Below, piece by piece: positions 1-12,754 of a stretch of 29,469 nucleotides of DNA (positions within the stretch are counted from its first letter, which is position 1; each line of letters starts with the position of its first letter). The DNA is from Utricularia gibba (taxonomy: Eukaryota; Plantae; Magnoliophyta), in assembly GCA_002189035.1 (NCBI GenBank), contig NEEC01000096.1, forward strand, positions 1-29,469. Reading direction: 5' to 3'. Under the pieces are notes generated by a model. It ran no database searches and was not told where the DNA came from. It worked only from the letters and a program-made list of their open reading frames with translations. A program made the translations under genes and the position numbers.

Positions 1-27
1 TTTCCATCTTGATCGCATATCCGATGA
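1..27 (+). repeat. Terminal direct repeat, left copy (tttccatcttgatcgcatatccgatga)
   Basis: Identical to the last 27 nt of the window. The 27-mer is also present in nearly every monomer. Confidence 0.9.
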
Positions 28-3000
28 AGTTTGACACCATATGTTTTGGCTGTTGATTGATTCAATTAGTTGCCATGATACTTCTGATTCTTGATGCACC
101 ATTCCCATACACCATGTCTCTAGTGGCTATTTGATTCTTTTTGCCGTGTATCTTGTTTGCATCAATTTCGAGAACGAGAAGCACAATATTAAACGCAGCC
201 ACCAAGAAGGACACGTAAGACACTTTTCGTTGTGGTTTGTTTTTAATATGTCCACAGTTATCGACAAACGAAACTCCAAATTATACTACTTGGAGCTCGA
301 ATCGGGCTTCCCAATGGTGTGCTATGAAGAGTTAGGATCTGCATGTTTTGGAAGAGGTGCTTCGTGGACCAGGATGTGCGACCTAGTCATTTCATTGCGC
401 ATCACCATTCGGGGTGCAGCCAAAAACATGCACTGGATTCGTTAAAAGTAAACATTTTTGCGTACCTGGAGTATAATAGTGTTGGGATAAGTGATGCCAC
501 GAAATTCATGATGTAACATGTGACTTTTTCCATCTTGATCGCATATCCGATGAAGTTTGACACCATATGTTTTGGTGTTGATTGATTCAATTAGTTGCCA
601 TGATACTTCTGATTCTTGATGCACCATTCCCATACACCATGTCTCTAGTGGCTATTTGATTCTTTTGCCGTGTATCTTGTTTGCATCAATTTCGAGAACG
701 AGAAGCACAATATTAAACGCAGCCACCAAGGAAGGACACGTAAGACACTTTTCGTTGTGGTTTGTTTTTTAATATGTCCACAGTTATCGGACAAACGAAA
801 CTCCAAATTATACTACTTGGAGCTCGAATCGGGCTTCCCAATGGTGTGCTATGAAGAGTTAGGATCTGCATGTTTTGGAAGAGGTGCTTCGTAGACCAGG
901 ATGTGCGACCTAGTCATTTCATTGCGCATCACCATTCGGGGTGCAGCCTAAAATCACACGTGCACTGGATTCGTTAAAAGTAAACATTTTGCATACCTGA
1001 GTATACAATAGTGTTTGGATAAGTGATGCCACGAAATTCATGATGTAACATGTGACTTTTTTCCATCTTGATCGCATATCCGATGAAGTTTGACACCATA
1101 TGTTTTGGCTGTTGATTGATGCAATTAGTTGCTATGATACTTCTGATTCTTGATGCACCATTCCCTTACACCATGTCTCTAGTGGCTATTTGATTCTTTT
1201 GCCGTGTATCTTGTTTGCATCAATTTCGAGAACGAGAAGCACATATTAAACGCAGCCACCAAGGAAGGACACGTAAGACACTTTTCGTTGTGGTTTGTTT
1301 TTAATATGTCCAAGTTATGGACAAACGAAACTCCAAATTATACTACTTGGAGCTCGAATCGGGCTTCCCAATGGTGTGCTATGAAGAGTTAGCATCTGCA
1401 TGTTTTGGAAGAGGTGCTTCGTGGACCAGGATGTGCGACCTAGTCATTTCATTGCGCATCACCATTCGGGGTGCAGCCTAAAAATCACACGTGCACTGGA
1501 TTCGTTAAAAGTAAAATTTTTGCGTACCTGGAGTATAATAGTGTTGGGATAAGTGATGCCACGAAATTCATGATGTAACATGTGACTTTTTTCCATCTTG
1601 ATCGCATATCCGATGAAGTTTGACACCATATGTTTTGGCTGTTGATTGATCAATTAGTTGCCATGATACTTCTGATTCTTGATGCACCATTCCCATACAC
1701 CATGTCTCTAGTGGCTATTTGATTCTTTTGCCGTGTATTGTTTGCATCAATTTCGAGAACGAGAAGCACAATATTAAACGCAGCCACCAAGGAAGGACAC
1801 GTAAGACACTTTTCGTTGTGGTTTGTTTTTAATATGTCCACAGTTATCGGACAAACGAAACTCCAAATTATACTACTTGGAGCTCGAATCGGGCTTCCCA
1901 ATGGTGTGCTATGAAGAGTTAGGATCTGCATGTTTTGGAAGAGGTGCTTCGTGGACCAGGATGTGCGACCTAGTCATTTCATTGCGCATCACCATTCGGG
2001 GTGCAGCCTAAAAATCACACGTGCACTGGATTCGTTAAAAGTAAACATTTTGCGTACCTGGAGTATAATAGTGTTGGGATAAGTGATGCCACGAAATTCA
2101 TGATGTAACATGTGACTTTTTTCCATCTTGATCGCATATCCGATGAAGTTTGACACCATATGTTTTGGCTGTTGATTGATTCAATTAGTTGCCATGATAC
2201 TTCTGATTCTTGATGCACCATTCCCATACACCATGTCTCTAGTGGCTATTTGATTCTTTTGCCGTGTATCTTGTTGCATCAATTTCGAGAACGAGAAGCA
2301 CAATATTAAACGCAGCCACCAAGGAAGGACACGTAAGACACTTTTCGTTGTGGTTTGTTTTTAATATGTCCACAGTTATCGGACAAACGAAACTCCAAAT
2401 TATACTACTTGGAGCTCGAATCGGGCTTCCCAATGGTGTGCTATGAAGAGTTAGGATCTGCATGTTTTGGAAGAGGTGCTTCGTGGACCAGGATGTGCGA
2501 CCTAGTCATTTCATTGCGCATCACCATTCGGGGTGCAGCCTAAAAATCACACGTGCACTGGATTCGTTAAAAGTAAACATTTTTGCGTACCTGGAGTATA
2601 ATAGTGTTGGGATAAGTGATGCCACGAAATTCATGATGTAACATGTGACTTTTTTCCATCTTGATCGCATATCCGATGAAGTTTGACACCATATGTTTTG
2701 GCTGTTGATTGATTCAATTAGTTGCCATGATACTTCTGATTCTTGATGCACCATTCCCATACACCATGTCTCTAGTGGCTATTTGATTCTTTTGCCGTGT
2801 ATCTTGTTTGCATCAATTTCGAGAACGAGAAGCACAATATTAAACGCAGCCACCAAGGAAGGACACGTAAGACACTTTTCGTTGTGGTTTGTTTTTAATA
2901 TGTCCACAGTTATCGGACAAACGAAACTCCAAATTATACTACTTGGAGCTCGAATCGGGCTTCCCAATGGTGTGCTATGAAGAGTTAGGATCTGCATGTT

Positions 3001-6000
3001 TTGGAAGAGGTGCTTCGTGACCAGGATGTGCGACCTAGTCATTTCATTGCGCATCACCATTCGGGGTGCAGCCTAAAAATCACACGTGCACTGGATTTGT
3101 TAAAAATAAATATTTACGCATACCTGAGTATACAACAGTGTTGGGATAAGTGATGCCACGAAATTCATGATGTAACATGTGACTTTTTTCCATCTTGATC
3201 GCATATCCGATGAAGTTTGACACCATATGTTTTGGCTGTTGATTGATGCAATTAGTTGCTATGATACTTCTGATTCTTGATGCACCATTCCCATACACCA
3301 TGTCTCTAGTGGCTATTTGATTCTTTTGCCGTGTATCCCTTTGCATCAATTTCGAGAACGAGAAGCACAATATTAAACGCAGCCACCAAGGAAGGACACG
3401 TAAGACACTTTTCGTTGTGGTTTGTTTTTAATATGTCCACAGTTATCGGACAAACGAAACTCCAAATTATACTACTTGGAGCTCGAATCGGGCTTCCCAA
3501 TGGTGTGCTATGAAGAGTTAGGATCTGCATGTTTTGGAAGAGGTGCTTCGTGGACCAGGATGTGCGACCTAGTCATTTCATTGCGCATCACCATTCGGGG
3601 TGCAGCCTAAAAATCACACGTGCACTGGATTCGTTAAAAGTAAACATTTTTGCGTACCTGGAGTATAATAGTGTTGGGATAAGTGATGCCACGAAATTCA
3701 TGATGTAACATGTGACTTTTTTCCATCTTGATCGCATATCCGATGAAGTTTGACACCATATGTTTTGGCTGTTGATTGATTCAATTAGTTGCCATGATAC
3801 TTCTGATTCTTGATGCACCATTCCCATACACCATGTCTCTAGTGGCTATTTGATTCTTTTGCCGTGTATCTTGTTTGCATCAATTTCGAGAACGAGAAGC
3901 ACAATATTAAACGCAGCCACCAAGGAAGGACACGTAAGACACTTTTCGTTGTGGTTTGTTTTTAATATGTCCACAGTTATCGGACAAACGAAACTCCAAA
4001 TTATACTACTTGGAGCTCGAATCGGGCTTCCCAATGGTGTGCTATGAAGAGTTAGGATCTGCATGTTTTGGAAGAGGTGCTTCGTGGACCAGGATGTGCG
4101 ACCTAGTCATTTCATTGCGCATCACCATTCGGGGTGCAGCCTAAAAATCACACGTGCACTGGATTCGTTAAAAGTAAACATTTTTGCGTACCTGAGTATA
4201 AACAGTGTTGGGATAAGTGATGCCACGAAATTCATGATGTAACATGTGACTTTTTTCCATCTTGATCGCATATCCGATGAAGTTTGACACCATATGTTTT
4301 GGCTGTTGATTGATTCAATTAGTTGCTATGATACTTCTGATTCTTGATGCACCATTCCCTTACACCATGTCTCTAGTGGCTATTTGATTCTTTTGCCGTG
4401 TATCTTTGCATCAATTTCGAGAACGAGAAGCACAATATTAAACGCAGCCACCAAGGAAGGACACGTAAGACACTTTTCGTTGTGGTTTGTTTTTAATATG
4501 TCCACAGTTATCGGACAAACGAAACTCCAAATTATACTACTTGGAGCTCGAATCGGGCTTCCCAATGGTGTGCTATGAAGAGTTAGGATCTGCATGTTTT
4601 GGAAGAGGTGCTTCGTGGACCAGGATGTGCGACCTAGTCATTTCATTGCGCATCACCATTCGGGGTGCAGCCTAAAAATCACACGTGCACTGGATTCGTT
4701 AAAAGTAAACATTTTTGCGTACCTGGAGTATAATAGTGTTGGGATAAGTGATGCCACGAAATTCATGATGTAACATGTGACTTTTTTCCATCTTGATCGC
4801 ATATCCGATGAAGTTTGACACCATATGTTTTGGCTGTTGATTGATTCAATTAGTTGCCATGATACTTCTGATTCTTGATGCACCATTCCCATACACCATG
4901 TCTCTAGTGGCTATTTGATTCTTTTGCCGTGTATCTTGTTTGCATCAATTTCGAGAACGAGAAGCACAATATTAAACGCAGCCACCAAGGAAGGACACGT
5001 AAGACACTTTTCGTTGTGGTTTGTTTTTAATATGTCCACAGTTATCGGACAAACGAAACTCCAAATTATACTACTTGGAGCTCGAATCGGGCTTCCCAAT
5101 GGTGTGCTATGAAGAGTTAGGATCTGCATGTTTTGGAAGAGGTGCTTCGTGGACCAGGATGTGCGACCTAGTCATTTCATTGCGCATCACCATTCGGGGT
5201 GCAGCCTAAAAATCACACGTGCACTGGATTTGTTAAAAATAAATTTTACGCATACCTGAGTATACAACAGTGTTGGGATAAGTGATGCCACGAAATTCAT
5301 GATGTAACATGTGACTTTTTTCCATCTTGATCGCATATCCGATGAAGTTTGACACCATATGTTTTGGCTGTTGATTGATTCAATTAGTTGCCATGATACT
5401 TCTGATTCTTGATGCACCATTCCCATACACCATGTCTCTAGTGGCTATTGATTCTTTTGCCGTGTATCTTTGCATCAATTTCGAGAACGAGAAGCACATA
5501 TTAAACGCAGCCACCAAGGAAGGACACGTAAGACACTTTTCGTTGTGGTTTGTTTTTAATATGTCCACAGTTATGGACAAACGAAACTCCAAATTATACT
5601 ACTTGGAGCTCGAATCGGGCTTCCCAATGGTGTGCTATGAAGAGTTAGGATCTGCATGTTTTGGAAGAGGTGCTTCGTGGACCAGGATGTGCGACCTAGT
5701 CATTTCATTGCGCATCACCATTCGGGGTGCAGCCTAAAAATCACACGTGCACTGGATTCGTTAAAAGTAAACATTTTTGCGTACCTGGAGTATAATAGTG
5801 TTGGGATAAGTGATGCCACGAAATTCATGATGTAACATGTGACTTTTTTCCATCTTGATCGCATATCCGATGAAGTTTGACACCATATGTTTTGGCTGTT
5901 GATTGATTCAATTAGTTGCCATGATACTTCTGATTCTTGATGCACCATTCCCATACACCATGTCTCTAGTGGCTATTTGATTCTTTTGCCGTGTATCTTG

Positions 6001-9000
6001 TTTGCATCAATTTCGAGAACGAGAAGCACAATATTAAACGCAGCCACCAAGGAAGGACACGTAAGACACTTTTCGTTGTGGTTTGTTTTTAATATGTCCA
6101 CAGTTATCGGACAAACGAAACTCCAAATTATACTACTTGGAGCTCGAATCGGGCTTCCCAATGGTGTGCTATGAAGAGTTAGGATCTGCATGTTTTGGAA
6201 GAGGTGCTTCGTGGACCAGGATGTGCGACCTAGTCATTTCATTGCGCATCACCATTCGGGGTGCAGCCTAAAAATCACACGTGCACTGGATTCGTTAAAA
6301 GTAAACATTTTTGCGTACCTGAGTATAATAGTGTTGGGATAAGTGATGCCACGAAATTCATGATGTAACATGTGACTTTTTTCCATCTTGATCGCATATC
6401 CGATGAAGTTTGACACCATATGTTTTGGCTGTTGATTGATTCAATTAGTTGCCATGATACTTCTGATTCTTGATGCACCATTCCCATACACCATGTCTCT
6501 AGTGGCTATTTGATTCTTTTGCCGTGTATCTTTTGCATCAATTTCGAGAACGAGAAGCACAATATTAAACGCAGCCACCAAGGAAGGACACGTAAGACAC
6601 TTTTCGTTGTGGTTTGTTTTTAATATGTCCACAGTTATCGGACAAACGAAACTCCAAATTATACTACTTGGAGCTCGAATCGGGCTTCCCAATGGTGTGC
6701 TATGAAGAGTTAGGATCTGCATGTTTTGGAAGAGGTGCTTCGTGGACCAGGATGTGCGACCTAGTCATTTCATTGCGCATCACCATTCGGGGTGCAGCCT
6801 AAAAATCACACGTGCACTGGATTCGTTAAAAGTAAACATTTTTGCGTACCTGGAGTATAATAGTGTTGGGATAAGTGATGCCACGAAATTCATGATGTAA
6901 CATGTGACTTTTTTCCATCTTGATCGCATATCCGATGAAGTTTGACACCATATGTTTTGGCTGTTGATTGATTCAATTAGTTGCCATGATACTTCTGATT
7001 CTTGATGCACCATTCCCATACACCATGTCTCTAGTGGCTATTTGATTCTTTTGCCGTGTATCTTTTTGCATCAATTTCGAGAACGAGAAGCACAATATTA
7101 AACGCAGCCACCAAGGAAGGACACGTAAGACACTTTTCGTTGTGGTTTGTTTTTAATATGTCCACAGTTATCGGACAAACGAAACTCCAAATTATACTAC
7201 TTGGAGCTCGAATCGGGCTTCCCAATGGTGTGCTATGAAGAGTTAGGATCTGCATGTTTTGGAAGAGGTGCTTCGTGGACCAGGATGTGCGACCTAGTCA
7301 TTTCATTGCGCATCACCATTCGGGGTGCAGCCTAAAAATCACACGTGCACTGGATTCGTTAAAAATAAATATTTACGCATACCTGAGTATATAGTGTTGG
7401 GATAAGTGATGCCACGAAATTCATGATGTAACATGTGACTTTTTTCCATCTTGATCGCATATCCGATGAAGTTTGACACCATATGTTTTGGCTGTTGATT
7501 GATTCAATTAGTTGCCATGATACTTCTGATTCTTGATGCACCATTCCCATACACCATGTCTCTAGTGGCTATTTGATTCTTTTGCCGTGTATCTTTGCAT
7601 CAATTTCGAGAACGAGAAGCACAATATTAAACGCAGCCACCAAGGAAGGACACGTAAGACACTTTTCGTTGTGGTTTGTTTTTAATATGTCCACAGTTAT
7701 CGGACAAACGAAACTCCAAATTATACTACTTGGAGCTCGAATCGGGCTTCCCAATGGTGTGCTATGAAGAGTTAGGATCTGCATGTTTTGGAAGAGGTGC
7801 TTCGTGACCAGGATGTGCGACCTAGTCATTTCATTGCGCATCACCATTCGGGGTGCAGCCTAAAAATCACACGTGCACTGGATTCGTTAAAAGTAAACAT
7901 TTTTGCGTACCTGGAGTATAATAGTGTTGGGATAAGTGATGCCACGAAATTCATGATGTAACATGTGACTTTTTTCCATCTTGATCGCATATCCGATGAA
8001 GTTTGACACCATATGTTTTGGCTGTTGATTGATTCAATTAGTTGCCATGATACTTCTGATTCTTGATGCACCATTCCCATACACCATGTCTCTAGTGGCT
8101 ATTTGATTCTTTTGCCGTGTATCTTGTTTGCATCAATTTCGAGAACGAGAAGCACAATATTAAACGCAGCCACCAAGGAAGGACACGTAAGACACTTTTC
8201 GTTGTGGTTTGTTTTTAATATGTCCACAGTTATCGGACAAACGAAACTCCAAATTATACTACTTGGAGCTCGAATCGGGCTTCCCAATGGTGTGCTATGA
8301 AGAGTTAGGATCTGCATGTTTTGGAAGAGGTGCTTCGTGGACCAGGATGTGCGACCTAGTCATTTCATTGCGCATCACCATTCGGGGTGCAGCCTAAAAA
8401 TCACACGTGCACTGGATTTGTTAAAATAAACATTTACGCATACCTGAGTATACAACAGTGTTGGGATAAGTGATGCCACGAAATTCATGATGTAACATGT
8501 GACTTTTTTCCATCTTGATCGCATATCCGATGAAGTTTGACACCATATGTTTTGGCTGTTGATTGATTCAATTAGTTGCTATGATACTTCTGATTCTTGA
8601 TGCACCATTCCCATACACCATGTCTCTAGTGGCTATTTGATTCTTTTGCCGTGTATCTTGTTTGCATCAATTTCGAGAACGAGAAGCACAATATTAAACG
8701 CAGCCACCAAGGAAGGACACGTAAGACACTTTTCGTTGTGGTTTGTTTTTAATATGTCCACAGTTATCGGACAAACGAAACTCCAAATTATACTACTTGG
8801 AGCTCGAATCGGGCTTCCCAATGGTGTGCTATGAAGAGTTAGGATCTGCATGTTTTGGAAGAGGTGCTTCGTGGACCAGGATGTGCGACCTAGTCATTTC
8901 ATTGCGCATCACCATTCGGGGTGCAGCCTAAAAATCACACGTGCACTGGATTCGTTAAAAGTAAACATTTTTGCGTACCTGGAGTATAATAGTGTTGGGA

Positions 9001-12000
9001 TAAGTGATGCCACGAAATTCATGATGTAACATGTGACTTTTTTCCATCTTGATCGCATATCCGATGAAGTTTGACACCATATGTTTTGGCTGTTGATTGA
9101 TTCAATTAGTTGCCATGATACTTCTGATTCTTGATGCACCATTCCCATACACCATGTCTCTAGTGGCTATTTGATTCTTTTGCCGTGTATCTTTTTGCAT
9201 CAATTTCGAGAACGAGAAGCACAATATTAAACGCAGCCACCAAGGAAGGACACGTAAGACACTTTTCGTTGTGGTTTGTTTTTAATATGTCCACAGTTAT
9301 CGGACAAACGAAACTCCAAATTATACTACTTGGAGCTCGAATCGGGCTTCCCAATGGTGTGCTATGAAGAGTTAGGATCTGCATGTTTTGGAAGAGGTGC
9401 TTCGTGGACCAGGATGTGCGACCTAGTCATTTCATTGCGCATCACCATTCGGGGTGCAGCCTAAAAATCACACGTGCACTGGATTCGTTAAAAATAAACA
9501 TTTGCGTACCTGAGTATACAGTGTTGGGATAAGTGATGCCACGAAATTCATGATGTAACATGTGACTTTTTTCCATCTTGATCGCATATCCGATGAAGTT
9601 TGACACCATATGTTTTGGCTGTTGATTGATTCAATTAGTTGCCATGATACTTCTGATTCTTGATGCACCATTCCCATACACCATGTCTCTAGTGGCTATT
9701 TGATTCTTTTGCCGTGTATCTTTGCATCAATTTCGAGAACGAGAAGCACAATATTAAACGCAGCCACCAAGGAAGGACACGTAAGACACTTTTCGTTGTG
9801 GTTTGTTTTTAATATGTCCACAGTTATCGGACAAACGAAACTCCAAATTATACTACTTGGAGCTCGAATCGGGCTTCCCAATGGTGTGCTATGAAGAGTT
9901 AGGATCTGCATGTTTTGGAAGAGGTGCTTCGTGGACCAGGATGTGCGACCTAGTCATTTCATTGCGCATCACCATTCGGGGTGCAGCCTAAAAATCACAC
10001 GTGCACTGGATTCGTTAAAAGTAAACATTTTTGCGTACCTGGAGTATAATAGTGTTGGGATAAGTGATGCCACGAAATTCATGATGTAACATGTGACTTT
10101 TTTCCATCTTGATCGCATATCCGATGAAGTTTGACACCATATGTTTTGGCTGTTGATTGATTCAATTAGTTGCCATGATACTTCTGATTCTTGATGCACC
10201 ATTCCCATACACCATGTCTCTAGTGGCTATTTGATTCTTTTGCCGTGTATCTTTTGCATCAATTTCGAGAACGAGAAGCACAATATTAAACGCAGCCACC
10301 AAGGAAGGACACGTAAGACACTTTTCGTTGTGGTTTGTTTTTAATATGTCCACAGTTATCGGACAAACGAAACTCCAAATTATACTACTTGGAGCTCGAA
10401 TCGGGCTTCCCAATGGTGTGCTATGAAGAGTTAGGATCTGCATGTTTTGGAAGAGGTGCTTCGTGGACCAGGATGTGCGACCTAGTCATTTCATTGCGCA
10501 TCACCATTCGGGGTGCAGCCTAAAAATCACACGTGCACTGGATTCGTTAAAAGTAAACATTTTTGCGTACCTGAGTATAAATAGTGTTGGGATAAGTGAT
10601 GCCACGAAATTCATGATGTAACATGTGACTTTTTTCCATCTTGATCGCATATCCGATGAAGTTTGACACCATATGTTTTGGCTGTTGATTGATTCAATTA
10701 GTTGCCATGATACTTCTGATTCTTGATGCACCATTCCCATACACCATGTCTCTAGTGGCTATTTGATTCTTTTGCCGTGTATCTTTTTGCATCAATTTCG
10801 AGAACGAGAAGCACAATATTAAACGCAGCCACCAAGGAAGGACACGTAAGACACTTTTCGTTGTGGTTTGTTTTTAATATGTCCACAGTTATCGGACAAA
10901 CGAAACTCCAAATTATACTACTTGGAGCTCGAATCGGGCTTCCCAATGGTGTGCTATGAAGAGTTAGGATCTGCATGTTTTGGAAGAGGTGCTTCGTGGA
11001 CCAGGATGTGCGACCTAGTCATTTCATTGCGCATCACCATTCGGGGTGCAGCCTAAAAATCACACGTGCACTGGATTCGTTAAAAGTAAACATTTTTGCG
11101 TACCTGGAGTATAATAGTGTTGGGATAAGTGATGCCACGAAATTCATGATGTAACATGTGACTTTTTTCCATCTTGATCGCATATCCGATGAAGTTTGAC
11201 ACCATATGTTTTGGCTGTTGATTGATGCAATTAGTTGCCATGATACTTCTGATTCTTGATGCACCATTCCCATACACCATGTCTCTAGTGGCTATTTGAT
11301 TCTTTTGCCGTGTATCTTGTTTGCATCAATTTCGAGAACGAGAAGCACAATATTAAACGCAGCCACCAAGGAAGGACACGTAAGACACTTTTCGTTGTGG
11401 TTTGTTTTTAATATGTCCACAGTTATCGGACAAACGAAACTCCAAATTATACTACTTGGAGCTCGAATCGGGCTTCCCAATGGTGTGCTATGAAGAGTTA
11501 GGATCTGCATGTTTTGGAAGAGGTGCTTCGTGGACCAGGATGTGCGACCTAGTCATTTCATTGCGCATCACCATTCGGGGTGCAGCCTAAAAATCACACG
11601 TGCACCGGATTCGTTAAAATAAACATTTATACCTGAGTATAATAGTGTTGGGATAAGTGATGCCACGAAATTCATGATGTAACATGTGACTTTTTTCCAT
11701 CTTGATCGCATATCCGATGAAGTTTGACACCATATGTTTTGGCTGTTGATTGATCAATTAGTTGCCATGATACTTCTGATTCTTGATGCACCATTCCCTT
11801 ACACCATGTCTCTAGTGGCTATTTGATTCTTTTGCCGTGTATCTTTGCATCAATTTCGAGAACGAGAAGCACAATATTAAACGCAGCCACCAAGGAAGGA
11901 CACGTAAGACACTTTTCGTTGTGGTTTGTTTTTAATATGTCCACAGTTATCGGACAAACGAAACTCCAAATTATACTACTTGGAGCTCGAATCGGGCTTC

Positions 12001-12220
12001 CCAATGGTGTGCTATGAAGAGTTAGGATCTGCATGTTTTGGAAGAGGTGCTTCGTGGACCAGGATGTGCGACATAGTCATTTCATTGCGCATCACCATTC
12101 GGGGTGCAGCCTAAAAATCACACGTGCACTGGATTCGTTAAAAGTAAACATTTTTGCGTACCTGGAGTATAATAGTGTTGGGATAAGTGATGCCACGAAA
12201 TTCATGATGTAACATGTGAC

Positions 12221-12754
12221 TTTTTTCCATCTTGATCGCATATCCGATGAAGTTTGACACCATATGTTTTGGCTGTTGATTGATTCAATTAGTTGCCATG
12301 ATACTTCTGATTCTTGATGCACCATTCCCATACACCATGTCTCTAGTGGCTATTTGATTCTTTTGCCGTGTATCTTGTTTGCATCAATTTCGAGAACGAG
12401 AAGCACAATATTAAACGCAGCCACCAAGGAAGGACACGTAAGACACTTTTCGTTGTGGTTTGTTTTTAATATGTCCACAGTTATCGGACAAACGAAACTC
12501 CAAATTATACTACTTGGAGCTCGAATCGGGCTTCCCAATGGTGTGCTATGAAGAGTTAGGATCTGCATGTTTTGGAAGAGGTGCTTCGTGGACCAGGATG
12601 TGCGACCTAGTCATTTCATTGCGCATCACCATTCGGGGTGCAGCCTAAAAATCACACGTGCACTGGATTCGTTAAAAGTAAACATTTTTGCGTACCTGGA
12701 GTATAATAGTGTTGGGATAAGTGATGCCACGAAATTCATGATGTAACATGTGAC
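12221..12754. repeat. Reference type-A monomer, 534 bp (ttttttccatcttgatcg...atgtaacatgtgac); the next copy 12755-13288 reads identical
   Basis: Read directly. Hand count A141 C105 G116 T172 (41% GC). 20 CpG against about 23 expected, so no CpG depletion. Confidence 0.95.
12498..12519. other. Small inverted repeat present once per monomer: ctccaa-attatactac-ttggag (6-bp stem, 10-nt loop)
   Basis: Read directly and unchanged in A and B monomers. Function unknown. Confidence 0.5.

Noticed and set aside
12310-12335. 5S rRNA, tRNA, snRNA or spliced-leader gene array (atgcacc..tcccat, ggatatgcgatca, ctcgaatc...ccca, atttttg)
   Set aside because: Only isolated 6-9 nt matches that do not extend or fold into the expected structures. 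An Infernal/Rfam scan would be definitive.
12460-12520. KRNSKLYYLE resemblance to the copia GAG-pre-integrase LY.L motif; CTAG plus hairpin as a Helitron 3' end
   Set aside because: There is no downstream WH.RLGH motif, the hairpin near CTAG has only a 4-bp stem, and no TE termini or TSDs are present.
12678-12707. Sigma70-like promoter TAAACA-17-TATAAT once per monomer
   Set aside because: The -35 matches only 4/6, no gene lies downstream, the variant monomer destroys it, and nothing indicates a bacterial context.
12221-12754. 534 = 3 x 178, suggesting a trimer of a CEN178-like or nucleosome-length subunit
   Set aside because: Aligning the three 178-nt thirds by eye shows no similarity beyond a 5-mer, and the sequence does not resemble Arabidopsis CEN178 as I recall it. 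A self dot-plot would settle this.
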